A stretch of 64,000 bases of DNA from an uncultured Thermoproteaceae archaeon (GCA_964575955.1 CAZNTG010000006.1:352001-416000), one strand, 5' to 3'. Shown: positions 1 through 11,298, counted from the stretch's first letter. Notes: a model not told the origin generated them from the sequence alone. Numbers and translations are program-made.

Positions 1-920
1 GCTATGTCGTCAATACCCTTTGTTGTGAATACTACATTTGCACCAACACTCTTCAACTTCTCAACATATTGTCTAAGTATGTTTTCTTCTTCTTCAATAA
101 ATGCTCTTACCTGTTCTGGACTTGTAATTCTAATCTCAGCATCAATCTCAGGCTTTTCAACCTCTAGTGGACAGTCTAGTAGTACAATTCTAGCATCTAC
201 AACTCTCTTAGGCATTGCTGCATGTACAACTTCCTTGTCGATAACTATTCCATATACTAGCTGTGTATCGAATAGACTACCGCCATGCTTCTTAACTATC
301 TGTATCCAGTCTATATCTGCAACCCATCTACCTGGCTCTCTCTCCTCAGCTACCTGTACTACAGCCTTTGCTGCAAGTTCTGCGAAGTAGTCTTTAACGG
401 CTTCACTAATCTTACCATGCATTGCTGTTGCTGCAATCTTCTTCAATGAATCAATATCATCTCTTCTTACAGGTATTGCAATCTTCTTTAAATGTTCAAT
501 TACTGCATCTAGTGCTCTCTTATATCCTGAGATTATTATTGTTGGATGAATATTCTTCTCTAATAGCTTCTCTGCCTCTTCTAGAAGAGCTCCAGCTAAG
601 ATTACTGCCGTTGTTGTACCATCACCAACCTCATCATCCTGTGTCTTAGCAACTTCTACAAGAAGCTTACCAATTGGGTGTTGTATATCCATCTCATCTA
701 GAACTGTTGCACCATCATTTGTTATTGTTATATCACCAAGACTGTCTATGAGCATCTTATCCATACCTTTTGGACCTAGTGTTGATTTTAGTACTTCAGC
801 AATTGCTTTTGCAACCATTATGTTTATTCTCATTGCCTCTTTACCAAAAGCTCTCTGTGTACCCTCTTTCAATACTAGAACTGGTACACCACCAACCTGT
901 GTTAGATATGCTGTTGACAT
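1..920 (-). CDS. ths: Thermosome (group II chaperonin) subunit, 3' part outside window
   Basis: Manual translation from ATG at 920 (absent from ORF track): [46 protein letters not shown]; open to the window edge. Confidence 0.97.
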   Translation of the reverse strand, partial: MSTAYLTQVGGVPVLVLKEGTQRAFGKEAMRINIMVAKAIAEVLKSTLGPKGMDKMLIDSLGDITITNDGATVLDEMDIQHPIGKLLVEVAKTQDDEVGDGTTTAVILAGALLEEAEKLLEKNIHPTIIISGYKRALDAVIEHLKKIAIPVRRDDIDSLKKIAATAMHGKISEAVKDYFAELAAKAVVQVAEEREPGRWVADIDWIQIVKKHGGSLFDTQLVYGIVIDKEVVHAAMPKRVVDARIVLLDCPLEVEKPEIDAEIRITSPEQVRAFIEEEENILRQYVEKLKSVGANVVFTTKGIDDI

Positions 921-1008
921 GGCTCTCGTATTAAGCTGTGAGAACCACTTCTATAAAAACCTTTCTCTATCAATGCGGCATGTTTAAAGACCCTAAATAT
1001 TAGAGATA

Positions 1009-1251
1009 GTGACGATGGGTAAGGTAAGGCCAAGATATATTAAAAATCTTGCAAGAAAACTGCTAGAGCTATATCCTGATAAGTTTACAACAGACTTCGA
1101 ACATAATAAGAAGATGGTAATGGAACTTGCAGATATACCTAGTAAGAAGGTTAGAAATCAAGTTGCTGGATATATAACACATCTAGTGAGAATGAAACTT
1201 GAAGAAGAAAAAGCTAAAGAAGAAGAGCTTGTTGAAGAGCTAGGTGAGTAA
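1009..1251 (+). CDS. rps17e: 30S ribosomal protein S17e
   Basis: [32 protein letters not shown]...[12 protein letters not shown]; true start may be ATG at 1015. Confidence 0.97.
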   Translation: MTMGKVRPRYIKNLARKLLELYPDKFTTDFEHNKKMVMELADIPSKKVRNQVAGYITHLVRMKLEEEKAKEEELVEELGE

Positions 1252-1256
1252 TAGAG

Positions 1257-1976
1257 ATGCCTCTTCAAAAGGGAGATTACATACTCGTAGACTACACAAT
1301 AATGATTAAAGATGAGAATAGGATTGTACAGACAACAAATGAGGAGAGAGCAAAAGAGGCAGGTATTTACAGTCCAGACAACATATATGAACCAATGCTC
1401 ATAATATTAGGAGAGACAAAACTTCTAGAACCTGTAGAACAGGCACTATACAATGCAGAAGAAGGACAAGAATTAACAATAGAAGTACCACCAGAGAAGG
1501 GATTTGGTGAGAGAGATCCTAAGAAGATTAAGACTGTATCAATAAGAGAGTTCTATAGAATTGGAAAGATACCGAAGATTGGAGATACAGTTGAGATAAA
1601 TGGTCAACAGGCAAGAGTTATAGATATATCTAGTGGTAGAGTAACTCTAGACTTCAATCATCCACTTGCAGGTAAGACATTGATAGTGCAGTTGAAAGTT
1701 TTGAAAAAGCTTGAAAAAGATGAAGATAAGATTAGATATCTAGTCAAGAGATTTATCCCACACATAAAGCCTGAGAATATAGATGTAAAGATTGAAGATA
1801 ATGGATCAAAAGTAGTTATAAAGTTACCAATTGAAACTATGCTAATTGAACGTATAGGAGTTATCAAGGCATCTATAGCAGAGGAGATTGGTAGAAGATT
1901 GCAAAATGTTAGAAAGGTAGTATTTATTGATGAGATTGAGATTAAGAGAGAACAATCTCAACAATCTCAAACTTAG
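1257..1976 (+). CDS. FKBP-type peptidyl-prolyl isomerase, long archaeal SlyD-like form
   Basis: KGDYILVDYT, VPPEKGFGERD, VTLDFNHPLAGKTL. Confidence 0.93.
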   Translation: MPLQKGDYILVDYTIMIKDENRIVQTTNEERAKEAGIYSPDNIYEPMLIILGETKLLEPVEQALYNAEEGQELTIEVPPEKGFGERDPKKIKTVSIREFYRIGKIPKIGDTVEINGQQARVIDISSGRVTLDFNHPLAGKTLIVQLKVLKKLEKDEDKIRYLVKRFIPHIKPENIDVKIEDNGSKVVIKLPIETMLIERIGVIKASIAEEIGRRLQNVRKVVFIDEIEIKREQSQQSQT

Positions 1977-2008
1977 AAAGATTTTAAACTTACACATATT
2001 GAAACAAT

Positions 2009-2725
2009 TTGAGAAGTATGTTTGAGTATTTTGATAAGAGAATATTTCAATTCCCTGAAACTTTCCTAAGTGGAGATGACATACTTAAGAGATTGAACAT
2101 ACTTAAGACAGGTACAACAACAGTCGGAATTGTCACTAAGAATGGTGTAGTACTTGCAACTGATAAGAGAGCAACAGCAGGATACTTCATAGCTAATAAG
2201 AATGTTAAGAAGATATGGAAGATTGATAATCATGTTGCAGCAACAATGTGTGGATCTGTTGCAGATGTTCAAAAACTTCTAGATGAACTTACAAGAATAG
2301 CACATTCTCACAAGATTGATACTGGAAAACCGATAAGTATAAGATCACTTGCAAATTATGCAAGTCTCGTACTATTCTCAACAAGACCATACCTACTTAT
2401 AGTACATATAATAATTGGAGGATACGATCCTGATGAAGGACCTGTACTATATGCATTAGACTGGTTTGGAACTGTTACAAGAGAGACAAAGTATACATCT
2501 ACAGGAAGCGGTTCTCCAATAGCTTTTGGAGTTCTTGAAGATGGTTATAGAGAAGATATGAGTATTGACGAGGCTGTTAGACTTGCTGTTAGAGCTGTAT
2601 ATGCAGCAATGATGAGAGATCCAGGATCTGGTGAAGGTATTATAGCAGTGACGATTACTAGAGAAGGTTATAGAGAGATTCCTGAGAGTGAGATTAGGAC
2701 GATGTTAAAAATAGGACAAGCTTAA
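2009..2725 (+). CDS. psmB: Proteasome subunit beta
   Basis: Propeptide then KTG/TTTVG catalytic Thr, ATDKRATAG, GSGS, RDPGSG. Confidence 0.96.
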   Translation: MRSMFEYFDKRIFQFPETFLSGDDILKRLNILKTGTTTVGIVTKNGVVLATDKRATAGYFIANKNVKKIWKIDNHVAATMCGSVADVQKLLDELTRIAHSHKIDTGKPISIRSLANYASLVLFSTRPYLLIVHIIIGGYDPDEGPVLYALDWFGTVTRETKYTSTGSGSPIAFGVLEDGYREDMSIDEAVRLAVRAVYAAMMRDPGSGEGIIAVTITREGYREIPESEIRTMLKIGQA

Positions 2726-2757
2726 TAAAGTTCTAGTAATACTATTAGCGATTCTTT

Positions 2758-4692
2758 GTGCCTTTTAGAGAAGATATTCAGAAGAAGATAATAGACACAT
2801 TATCTCCACACGTTGGAGTAGCTAAGATAGATTTTGAAGGACCTAGTATTGTTGTTCTAATAGATAATTCAAAGAAATTCTATACTGAAGGTTGTGATAA
2901 ACTTATAAAACAACTTGCTAAAGATTTAAAAAAGCATTTAATAATTAGATGTGATGTTAAGGGAAGGAAGAATAAGAAAGAGGCACAGACAATAATTAAG
3001 GAAATTATAGAGAGTAATGTTGGTAAAGATGTTCTAGATAGTGTATATTTTGACGATAATCTTGGTGATGTATACATATACTTGAAGAGACCTGTCAGAA
3101 ATAAGAAGAAGCTTGAACATATGATTTTTGCAGAGACAGGTTGGAGAGCTATAATAACACCAACAGCTCTTGAAATGGCTAAAAAACTTCCAAGACAAGA
3201 AATTGAATATGTTAGACAGATACAGATAACAATGTCTAAAGAAAGGTCAGACTTCTTGAAAAATCTTGGTAGAAGAATTCATAGAGATTCCATATTTAGA
3301 GATACATACATAAGAGTTACAGTACTTGGTGCAGGTTTTGAAGTTGGTAGAAGTGCAATACTTGTAGAGACTAGAGAGAGCATGGTACTTCTAGACTGCG
3401 GTATTAAGCCTGGATATCCAACAGATGAGTACCCATTCATAGATTTGATAGATATCGATAGACTAGATGCAGTCATAGTATCTCATGCACATATGGACCA
3501 TATTGGATTCATACCATACCTATACAAGTATGGTTATAGAGGTCCTGTATACATGACAGAGCCTACAAAATACCTGATGGAGATACTAGTATCAGACTAC
3601 ATAGAACTATGTGAGAGAGAAGGTAAACAACCACCATTCTCTAAGAAGGATTTAACAACAGCACTATGCCACACGATAACTATAGATTATGAAGATACTA
3701 CAGATATAGCACCTGATATTAAACTCACATTTACAGATGCTGGACATGAAATTGGATCAGCAATAGCACATATGCATATTGGGAACGGTCTATACAACAT
3801 AGTCTACACTGGAGATTTTAAGTATGGAACCACAAGATTGTTAAATGTTGCTAATAGAAAGTTTAAGAGAGTTGAACTATTGATAATGGAGAGCACTTAT
3901 GGAGGTAAGAATGATGTACAGGAAAGTAGAGATGAAGCTGAGAGAAAACTTATTGATTGTATTAGAAGAACAATTGAGAGAGGTGGTAAAGTTCTAATTC
4001 CAGCATTTAGCACAGGTAGAGCACAGGAAATATTACTCATACTTAATGATGCAATTGAGAGAAAATTAATACCAAAAGATGTTAAGATATATGTTGATGG
4101 TATGATATTAGAAACATTAAATGTACATCTAATGTTTCCAGACTATTTAAATAGAAATGTTAGAGAGTTAATATATGATGGAATAAATCCATTCTTAGGA
4201 GATAATGTTATACCAGTTGAAAGACCTAAAAAACCTGAGAAAAGATATGAACAGGTAGAGAGTATTGTTAGAGGAGACCCATGTATAATACTTGCACCAC
4301 ATGGAATGTTGAATGGTGGTCCAATACTAGACTACTTCGTTCATCTTGCTGATGATGAGAAAAGTACACTACTATTCGTATCTTATCAAGCTGAGAATAC
4401 TTTAGGTAGAAGAATATTGCAGGGTGAGAGAAGATTTGTAATAAAGTACTATAATGAAGATGTTAAGATAGATTTGAAGATGCATGTTGAAAGTATTCAA
4501 GGATTTTCAGGTCATAGTGATAGAAGACAACTATTAGCATATGTTAGAGATATTGAACCTAGACCAAGTAAGATAATGCTTGTACATGGAGAACAGGGAA
4601 AGATACTGAGTCTAGCATTGACAATAGAGTTAAGCATGAAAATACCAGTAATAACACCTTCAAATCTTGAAAGTGTACGTCTTATACCATAG
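2758..4692 (+). CDS. fttA: Beta-CASP ribonuclease aCPSF1 / termination factor FttA
   Basis: N-terminal KH-like region, SHAHMDH, AGHEIGSA, MESTYG, FSGHSD, VHGE; usual position after psmB. Confidence 0.93.
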   Translation: MPFREDIQKKIIDTLSPHVGVAKIDFEGPSIVVLIDNSKKFYTEGCDKLIKQLAKDLKKHLIIRCDVKGRKNKKEAQTIIKEIIESNVGKDVLDSVYFDDNLGDVYIYLKRPVRNKKKLEHMIFAETGWRAIITPTALEMAKKLPRQEIEYVRQIQITMSKERSDFLKNLGRRIHRDSIFRDTYIRVTVLGAGFEVGRSAILVETRESMVLLDCGIKPGYPTDEYPFIDLIDIDRLDAVIVSHAHMDHIGFIPYLYKYGYRGPVYMTEPTKYLMEILVSDYIELCEREGKQPPFSKKDLTTALCHTITIDYEDTTDIAPDIKLTFTDAGHEIGSAIAHMHIGNGLYNIVYTGDFKYGTTRLLNVANRKFKRVELLIMESTYGGKNDVQESRDEAERKLIDCIRRTIERGGKVLIPAFSTGRAQEILLILNDAIERKLIPKDVKIYVDGMILETLNVHLMFPDYLNRNVRELIYDGINPFLGDNVIPVERPKKPEKRYEQVESIVRGDPCIILAPHGMLNGGPILDYFVHLADDEKSTLLFVSYQAENTLGRRILQGERRFVIKYYNEDVKIDLKMHVESIQGFSGHSDRRQLLAYVRDIEPRPSKIMLVHGEQGKILSLALTIELSMKIPVITPSNLESVRLIP

Positions 4693-4757
4693 CTAAAGAT
4701 CTACATGGTAAAGATAAATTTTATAACCAAAGTAAGATGACTGAGACGGAGGTATAG

Positions 4758-5003
4758 ATGTCTCGATGCCTTGAAACTGTAGGTGAAGAAATGAAGAAAG
4801 CACTAAATAGAACAGTACTAATAAAGTTGAGAAATGGAGTAGAGATTAGAGGTAGATTGAGAGGATTTGATATACATCTAAACATACTTCTAGACGATGC
4901 TGAAGAATTGATAGATAAGGATATAGTTAAGAGAGGAGTTGTACTAATTAGAGGAGATACAATAGTTCTAATAAGTCCACTAGAGACACCACCATCTTCA
5001 TGA
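4758..5003 (+). CDS. Sm-like (SmAP/Lsm) RNA-binding protein
   Basis: VLIKLRNGVEIRGRLRGFDIHLNILL and IRGDTIV (Sm1/Sm2 motifs); GGAGGT upstream. Confidence 0.95.
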   Translation: MSRCLETVGEEMKKALNRTVLIKLRNGVEIRGRLRGFDIHLNILLDDAEELIDKDIVKRGVVLIRGDTIVLISPLETPPSS

Positions 5004-5701
5004 ATGATTGCAGAGTTGAATACTACAAACATAATATACACATATCAATATGTAGAAGAGAGAGAAAGTATGAAAAATATACACTACAGGGAGGATTGAT
5101 AGTAATTCCTGAATACTCAATATACATACTCACATCAGACATAGTTAAGCTATACAAACCTCTAGATAGATATGATAGAGATTCAATATATAGATCTTAC
5201 ATAATCGAACCAATAGACTTTACAAAAATAATTGTGAGAGATCTGAATCACGGCATTAGATTTAGAAATTTTCTAAATAGAGGAGAGATATTGATAATAG
5301 ATATAAGACTTGCAAAATTTAGAAGAATTTATAATCTTAGTAAGTTAATTTCAAAACAAATATTTAAGATAGTAAATTTAGAAGAATTTAAGATACAGTA
5401 TGTAGACTTTCTATGTCAAGTATTTAGAGGTAGATTAGATAAAAAGATTCAAAGTATTAGACCTGCATGTAGAAGTTCTATTGTTGAGTTATATTATCAA
5501 AATACTAAAGTACTCTTAGATGGAAAATTTAGATGCATATTAACAAAGTTTGGTGATAAACCAGTACTCTACATATTTGGTGTAGGTAAGATTAAGATAT
5601 TTGCAATATATCCAACACTTGGTAGAGAGTTGAATGTTGTTGATGTAGGCAGTAGAGTTGAAAATGATGTTACTATAGTAGTTGGATCATTTAGAGTTTA
5701 G
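5000..5701 (+). CDS. Hypothetical protein
   Basis: 233-aa ORF coupled (ATGA overlap) to the Sm gene; no motif recognised. Confidence 0.6.
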   Translation: MNDCRVEYYKHNIHISICRRERKYEKYTLQGGLIVIPEYSIYILTSDIVKLYKPLDRYDRDSIYRSYIIEPIDFTKIIVRDLNHGIRFRNFLNRGEILIIDIRLAKFRRIYNLSKLISKQIFKIVNLEEFKIQYVDFLCQVFRGRLDKKIQSIRPACRSSIVELYYQNTKVLLDGKFRCILTKFGDKPVLYIFGVGKIKIFAIYPTLGRELNVVDVGSRVENDVTIVVGSFRV

Positions 5702-6315
5702 ATTGCTGTTAGAATTTCCTTATAGAGAAGTCTAGTTCTCTCAACGGGTATTGTTATTAATGGTGTATATAGTTGAAATGTTAGTTCTCTCAATGCAGCT
5801 ACTCTAAATATCTCAATTATGGAATCTGCATCTTCAATTTGAGAATCAATATCTAGTTTTTTAGCAAGTTTTCTAAGTTCTCTACAACACTCAATCTTTC
5901 TATCACACTCATCTGGACAATTCATAAATTTTATAATTTTTCTTCTAAATCTTAGTAGAAGTGTCTTACAGTGTGGAACTATTACACATACATTATCATC
6001 CGATATTACAAGTTTATTATTTTCAACATTATAACATAGGTATATTAAAGCTGTAGGTATATAATACGTCTTTTTCATAAATTTATCTTTTATAGGTTTA
6101 ATCCAACCGTACATGTGAAGTTTCTTTAGATGTCTACAGGTACTTGATTTTGCAATACCGAGAATTTCAGAAAGTTGTGTTAATGTTAATTGAGATTTTG
6201 CTAATGTTGATAATATGTGTATTCTCTCTGTAGATGAGGAGAGAATTTCAAATGATAATTCAGGAAGTATTGCAATAGCATTTATACAATTTGCCATACC
6301 TGTAGCAATACTCAT
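5698..6315 (-). CDS. ArsR-like winged-helix regulator with Cys-rich C-terminal part
   Basis: RIHILSTL...LTLTQLSEILGIAKSSTCRHLKKLHMYGWI. Confidence 0.75.
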   Translation of the reverse strand: MSIATGMANCINAIAILPELSFEILSSSTERIHILSTLAKSQLTLTQLSEILGIAKSSTCRHLKKLHMYGWIKPIKDKFMKKTYYIPTALIYLCYNVENNKLVISDDNVCVIVPHCKTLLLRFRRKIIKFMNCPDECDRKIECCRELRKLAKKLDIDSQIEDADSIIEIFRVAALRELTFQLYTPLITIPVERTRLLYKEILTAI

Positions 6316-6374
6316 TACTCTGCTATATAAGGTAGCTGAGAAATATAAACCTATCTAAGATATATTGTATGTAA

Positions 6375-7457
6375 GTGTCAAATATTGAAATATCTACACG
6401 TAGAGGAAAACGTAGATTCAGTAGAAAGATTGTTAGAATAGAGGATAGAATACCGATGGTTGGAGTTAGAGCATTTGGAATAGTAGACATGGGTACGAAC
6501 ATACTTGAGCTAAGACCAACAAGTCTATGCCCACTCTCATGCATATTTTGTAGTGTTAATGCAGGTCCATTAAGTAGTGTTAGATGGTGTGAATATGTCG
6601 TAGATAAAGATATTCTAGTAGATGCTGTTAGAGAAATTGTAAAGTATAAGAATTATGATAAAATTGAAATACATATAGATGGCATGGGTGAACCAGGTAC
6701 ATATCCAAAACTTGTAGAACTTGTACAAGATATTCGAGATATTAGTAATGTTAAAGTCATATCAATACAGACAAGATTAGTAACATTTAATGAGAGAAAG
6801 TTAGAAGAACTTTCAGAAGCAGGTTTAGATAGATTTAATGTTAGTATCGATGCTATAGATTCCGAACTAGCTAGAAAGCTCTCAGGAACCTCATGGTATA
6901 ATGTTGAAAGAATTCTAAAACTTGTAGAGTATATAGTGAGAAATACTAGAAGTGATGTTGTATTAACACCAGTATGGTTACCTGGAATTAATGATGAAGA
7001 GATTGTGAAAATAATTCAATGGGCTAAGAAGATTGGAATTGGTAAGAGATGGCCACCTGTACTAATTCAAAAATATATACCACATAGACATGGTAGAAAG
7101 ATAGATACTAAACCTATGTCTTGGAAAGAATTTTATAATAAACTTAGAAGACTTGAGAAAGAGTACAATATAAAACTCATACCTAAGTGTGAAGATTTTG
7201 ATATAGTTAAAGTTAGACCATTACCAACAGTCTATAAATGTGGTGATGTTATTAAAGTTAAGATTATTGAGAGAGGAATATTCGTAAATGAGTACATAGC
7301 TATACCGCTAGAATTGAAAGGTAGTAATATATATGATAGAGTTATAACAGTTATAGCTGATTCAAAACTTGAAGATCTAATAATTGGACAGAAATTGAAG
7401 GTTAGAATTATAGAGAATAGAAATAACATATACATAGCTAAACCTGTAAAATTGTAG
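6375..7457 (+). CDS. Radical SAM protein with C-terminal TRAM-like domain
   Basis: CPLSCIFC (CxxxCxxC), DGMGEP, C-terminal GQKLKVRII. Confidence 0.88.
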   Translation: MSNIEISTRRGKRRFSRKIVRIEDRIPMVGVRAFGIVDMGTNILELRPTSLCPLSCIFCSVNAGPLSSVRWCEYVVDKDILVDAVREIVKYKNYDKIEIHIDGMGEPGTYPKLVELVQDIRDISNVKVISIQTRLVTFNERKLEELSEAGLDRFNVSIDAIDSELARKLSGTSWYNVERILKLVEYIVRNTRSDVVLTPVWLPGINDEEIVKIIQWAKKIGIGKRWPPVLIQKYIPHRHGRKIDTKPMSWKEFYNKLRRLEKEYNIKLIPKCEDFDIVKVRPLPTVYKCGDVIKVKIIERGIFVNEYIAIPLELKGSNIYDRVITVIADSKLEDLIIGQKLKVRIIENRNNIYIAKPVKL

Positions 7458-7482
7458 AACCTGTAAAATATCTAGATATAAC

Positions 7483-8190
7483 ATGCTATCAATTGAAGAT
7501 ATGAAGATTAGAGTTGCAAAATATGCAATCTCAGTAGTTAGAGATGATATCGTACTTGGAGTTGGTTCAGGATCTACATCAATGTACTTCTTAAAAGAAC
7601 TTGCACAATATTTGAAAGATGGAAAGTTTAGAAATATAGTAATTGTACCAACATCATCTGAAGTTGAATATTTTTCAAAAATTTTAGGAATAGATTCATA
7701 TCTAAAACAGCCATGGCAAGTTGATAAAATCGATATTGCTATTGATGGTGCAGATGAAGTTGATAAGAATAGAAATTTATTGAAAGGTGGTGGAGGTGCA
7801 CTTACAGGTGAGAAAATTATTGATTATAATGCTAAAGAACTCTACATAATTATTGACGAGAGAAAACTTGTTGACTATATTGGAATGAGAACTCCAATAC
7901 CTATAGAGGTCATACCTAAGTATTGGAGTATTGTTGCTAAGAGAGTGATAGAGAAGTATGGTGGAGATATTAATTTGAGAATTTTAGAAAAAGCGAAAAG
8001 AGGTCCTCTCATAACTGACAACTTTGGATACATTTTAGATTGGAGAAGAATCTTAAATGATGTAGATCCTGAATATGTTGAAAAAGAGGTTAAACTTATT
8101 CCAGGTGTTGTTGAGGTTGGTATATTTGGTAGAAGTCATGTTACTAAAGTATTTGTATGTCAATCTAGTGGTGAGATATTAGAATTGTAA
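7483..8190 (+). CDS. rpiA: Ribose-5-phosphate isomerase A
   Basis: GVGSGST, DGADEVD, LLKGGGGALTGEKI, ITDNFG, PGVVEVGIF. Confidence 0.96.
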   Translation: MLSIEDMKIRVAKYAISVVRDDIVLGVGSGSTSMYFLKELAQYLKDGKFRNIVIVPTSSEVEYFSKILGIDSYLKQPWQVDKIDIAIDGADEVDKNRNLLKGGGGALTGEKIIDYNAKELYIIIDERKLVDYIGMRTPIPIEVIPKYWSIVAKRVIEKYGGDINLRILEKAKRGPLITDNFGYILDWRRILNDVDPEYVEKEVKLIPGVVEVGIFGRSHVTKVFVCQSSGEILEL

Positions 8191-8236
8191 TTATTTTAAA
8201 CGGTACATATATCAGGGGGGTTTACGTACAGTCTTC

Positions 8237-10300
8237 TTGAGACTAATGAACCCTAGAATTATACTAAGCCTAGCAGTATTGATATGTGTAGTGTTGTCAT
8301 TAGCTAGTCTAGTATTTATAACAAATGTAATATATGCATCAAATATTGAGATAGTTGGACCACTAGTACATGTAGCATATATTGATGAGATAAGTATGAC
8401 AAAAACAATAGCATTACAGCCAGGTCAGAAGTATACAGTACAGTTTGGTCTACCTCCAAGTAATGAGTATAGTAACTACATGATAGTTGTGAAGTTCCTA
8501 AAGCCAAGTCCAGTACTTCAAGTAATTTGTAGAGGAGAATGTACATATGTTAAGAGTGAGAGTGGTGTCATATCTGAAGTATATTCAGAAAGTGGAAATG
8601 TAACAATTGTAAATGCAGGAACATCAACATATGTTGGTCGTATAGAGATAATGTATGTGTATAGGAAGTTGGAAGAATATACAGCATCTAGTAGTATTGT
8701 TAAGATTAGTTTGAAAATACCAGACACAACAATAAATGAGGTTAGTAAACAGATTGTTAAGATATGGATTGACAATACTGCACCATATGTGATAAGTGAT
8801 GTGATACTTCCTGGAGGAAAATCTTTAGAGAAGTTGATGGAGATTGGAGAAGTTCCAAAATATGTGAAGATGGAACCTAAGAGAGTTCTAATATATGCAA
8901 CACAGGCACCTAAAGGTACGTACACTATAGTCTTAACATACGATAAGTCATCTATAATGCCTATAACATTCCTCGTGAAGGCTCTAGAATATCTAAATAA
9001 GACTATAGCACCAGAGAGTGTTGGTGTAATATCATCAAGCGAGTTTGGAATACCACATGGATGGACATTGCTTGGATATGTTGTTGCAGTTGCAGCAATA
9101 CAGCCAGTAATAGTTAATGAGAAGGTTGGTGGTATAACTATAGAAGGTAAGCTTGTTGTTCCTGCATCAGCAGAGAGTGGTATAATTAATATTAAAGCGA
9201 TAAGCTATCTAATACCATCATTAATAAAGTTCAAGTATGTTGTAGGTGCATACATTGTCTATGGATCATCATTCAAGGTTGTTAATAACATGACAGTTCC
9301 AGTAATGATATACTACATACCACTCGTATATAGACCAGTTGGAAAGATAGTAACTATAGGTAATAAGACTATAATATATGCACTAGTATCAGAATCAGAC
9401 CTAGTTGGAGGTATCTGGACTACACTAGTAGTACAATTGCCAAGCTATGCAAAGATTAGTAAGATAGTAACTCCTGGAGGTATGGTGTATAGTGAAGTAT
9501 CTAACTCACTAGTTCCATGGGGTACAACTCTAAGACCAATATCAATATCACCTGATAGACATGAAGCATATATAGCTGTAGCTCTTGAAGATATGAGAGA
9601 AGCTGGACTATATAGGATATACGTCAATGTAGAGCCTTTAAGAATGTACATAACAGATCAATATGGTAGACCTATAAATTGTAGAGTAGTATTTCAGATA
9701 AGTCCAGAAACAAAGATTGTTGTAGAACCTCAAGATAGTGTTGTCATATTTAGAATACCATCACTAATGTTTAAACCGATAACAGCATATGTTATGTATA
9801 GAGGTGTTAATGTTGCCACACTCATACTAAACACAATACCTGAAAAGCCTATACATGTGATTGTTAAATTATACAACTTGACTATCGTTGTTACAAAGTT
9901 TAGAGGAGCACCACTAAGTGGTGCTGAAGTTACGTTGAGATTGATAGGTACAAACTTCACAACTGTTGAAAAGACTGATAGTAATGGTGTTGCAAAATTT
10001 GTAGAATTACCAGCAGGAATATACGATGTTGAAGTTAAGGTTGGATCTACAGTAGTTGCAAGAGGTCAAATACAGCTTAATGAAACTAGAATAGTTAAAT
10101 TGAGTACAAATGTCGTATTTGTACTAACTATAGGAAGTATGACAATACCAGTAACAGTTCTACAGTTAGCAAGTATGATAGTTGCAGTAGCTATAACCGC
10201 TGTAGCAGTCGTGCTAATACTCAGATTTATTGGTAAGAATAGAAGAGTAGAATATGAGATATATAGTGAGAGTGATGAGGAATTACAGACACAGAAGTAG
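8237..10300 (+). CDS. Secreted, C-terminally anchored cell-surface protein with Cna-B/carboxypeptidase-regulatory-like beta domains
   Basis: Signal peptide, many N-x-S/T sequons, GAPLSGAEVTL...TDSNGVAKF..LPAGIYDVEV, C-terminal TM plus charged tail. Confidence 0.8.
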   Translation: MRLMNPRIILSLAVLICVVLSLASLVFITNVIYASNIEIVGPLVHVAYIDEISMTKTIALQPGQKYTVQFGLPPSNEYSNYMIVVKFLKPSPVLQVICRGECTYVKSESGVISEVYSESGNVTIVNAGTSTYVGRIEIMYVYRKLEEYTASSSIVKISLKIPDTTINEVSKQIVKIWIDNTAPYVISDVILPGGKSLEKLMEIGEVPKYVKMEPKRVLIYATQAPKGTYTIVLTYDKSSIMPITFLVKALEYLNKTIAPESVGVISSSEFGIPHGWTLLGYVVAVAAIQPVIVNEKVGGITIEGKLVVPASAESGIINIKAISYLIPSLIKFKYVVGAYIVYGSSFKVVNNMTVPVMIYYIPLVYRPVGKIVTIGNKTIIYALVSESDLVGGIWTTLVVQLPSYAKISKIVTPGGMVYSEVSNSLVPWGTTLRPISISPDRHEAYIAVALEDMREAGLYRIYVNVEPLRMYITDQYGRPINCRVVFQISPETKIVVEPQDSVVIFRIPSLMFKPITAYVMYRGVNVATLILNTIPEKPIHVIVKLYNLTIVVTKFRGAPLSGAEVTLRLIGTNFTTVEKTDSNGVAKFVELPAGIYDVEVKVGSTVVARGQIQLNETRIVKLSTNVVFVLTIGSMTIPVTVLQLASMIVAVAITAVAVVLILRFIGKNRRVEYEIYSESDEELQTQK

Positions 10301-10301
10301 A

Positions 10302-10817
10302 CTATTTTAATCTTCTATAAAATTCAGCTCTAAGTTCAGACATAAGTTTATTAAGTCTATCAAAAATACTATGCTTAATATCAAATACTTTGTGAAATTC
10401 TACAATTTTCTTAAAACTCTCCTCAATTTCTTGAAGAGTCTTTCTCAACTTTCTAACTTCACGAGGTGATGTAGATCTAACCTGTTCTAGAAAACTTTCA
10501 ACTCTACTAATCATAGATTGACATAATACTTCAAGCTTTTTAGCTACAAGATTTCTAACAGCCTTATACTGATCTTCTGTAAGTTCAACTATTGAGTATA
10601 GAAATTCAACACCTTCATAACCTTCTTCTAATCTCCTAATTATAACATCTTTCAATCTTAATAATCTACGCTCAAGATCCTCTCTATCTCTCCAAGATAT
10701 AACAACACCTCTAGTTATCCTAAGACCAAGTTCTTCAATAATTCTATCAATATCTTCCTGTATCTCTTCAGATTCTTCAGGAAGAGATACATATGTTAAT
10801 ATTAGGTAGAACGTCAT
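10302..10817 (-). CDS. Hypothetical protein (possible ferredoxin-like N-domain plus coiled coil)
   Basis: 171-aa ORF with host-like codon use, overlapping the stop of the upstream ORF. Confidence 0.7.
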   Translation of the reverse strand: MTFYLILTYVSLPEESEEIQEDIDRIIEELGLRITRGVVISWRDREDLERRLLRLKDVIIRRLEEGYEGVEFLYSIVELTEDQYKAVRNLVAKKLEVLCQSMISRVESFLEQVRSTSPREVRKLRKTLQEIEESFKKIVEFHKVFDIKHSIFDRLNKLMSELRAEFYRRLK

Positions 10818-11245
10818 AACTTAGACTCCCCATAATACTTTCTAAATATGTTAAGTATTTTTCGATAATAGTTAGGTGAGTATTTCTGAATTAAATTTTC
10901 TATAAACATCAAAATCTCATTATCAGAAATTCTCCTATTTAGGATAGCTTTAATACTTATAATTTCACACTTATCTTCACCATATATGTATAGTGTACCT
11001 AGTATTTTAAAATCTTCATAACTATCAAATACTACATTTAGAATTCTCCTATTATCAATACTTACTTCGCTAATTATTTCAAACTTTGATACGTTATTAA
11101 TATTGAACTTCTCTACAACATCAATATCTATGACAACACTATTTTCAAAATTTATAATTCTAGCAATCTTAACCTTATGATCTCTACTGACAACTTCTAT
11201 AATATTATCATTTTTAAGTAATGTTAAATATTCTATTAATGACAT
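10814..11245 (-). CDS. Hypothetical protein
   Basis: 143-aa ORF in a co-directional string. Confidence 0.6.
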   Translation of the reverse strand: MSLIEYLTLLKNDNIIEVVSRDHKVKIARIINFENSVVIDIDVVEKFNINNVSKFEIISEVSIDNRRILNVVFDSYEDFKILGTLYIYGEDKCEIISIKAILNRRISDNEILMFIENLIQKYSPNYYRKILNIFRKYYGESKL

Positions 11246-11298
11246 ATCAGCGACCAGAAACCAACATCACTTTTCAGAGCCCTGGGCATCATCATTTT
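11245..11298 (-). ncRNA. C/D-box sRNA
   Basis: Minus strand: C ATGATGA (11295-11289), guide TGCCCAGGGCT, D' CTGA, C' GTGATGT, guide TGGTTTCTGGTCG, D CTGA (11250-11247). Confidence 0.85.

Noticed and set aside
4-987. Plus-strand ORFs 4-390, 422-649 and 748-987
   Set aside because: Antisense shadows of the thermosome gene
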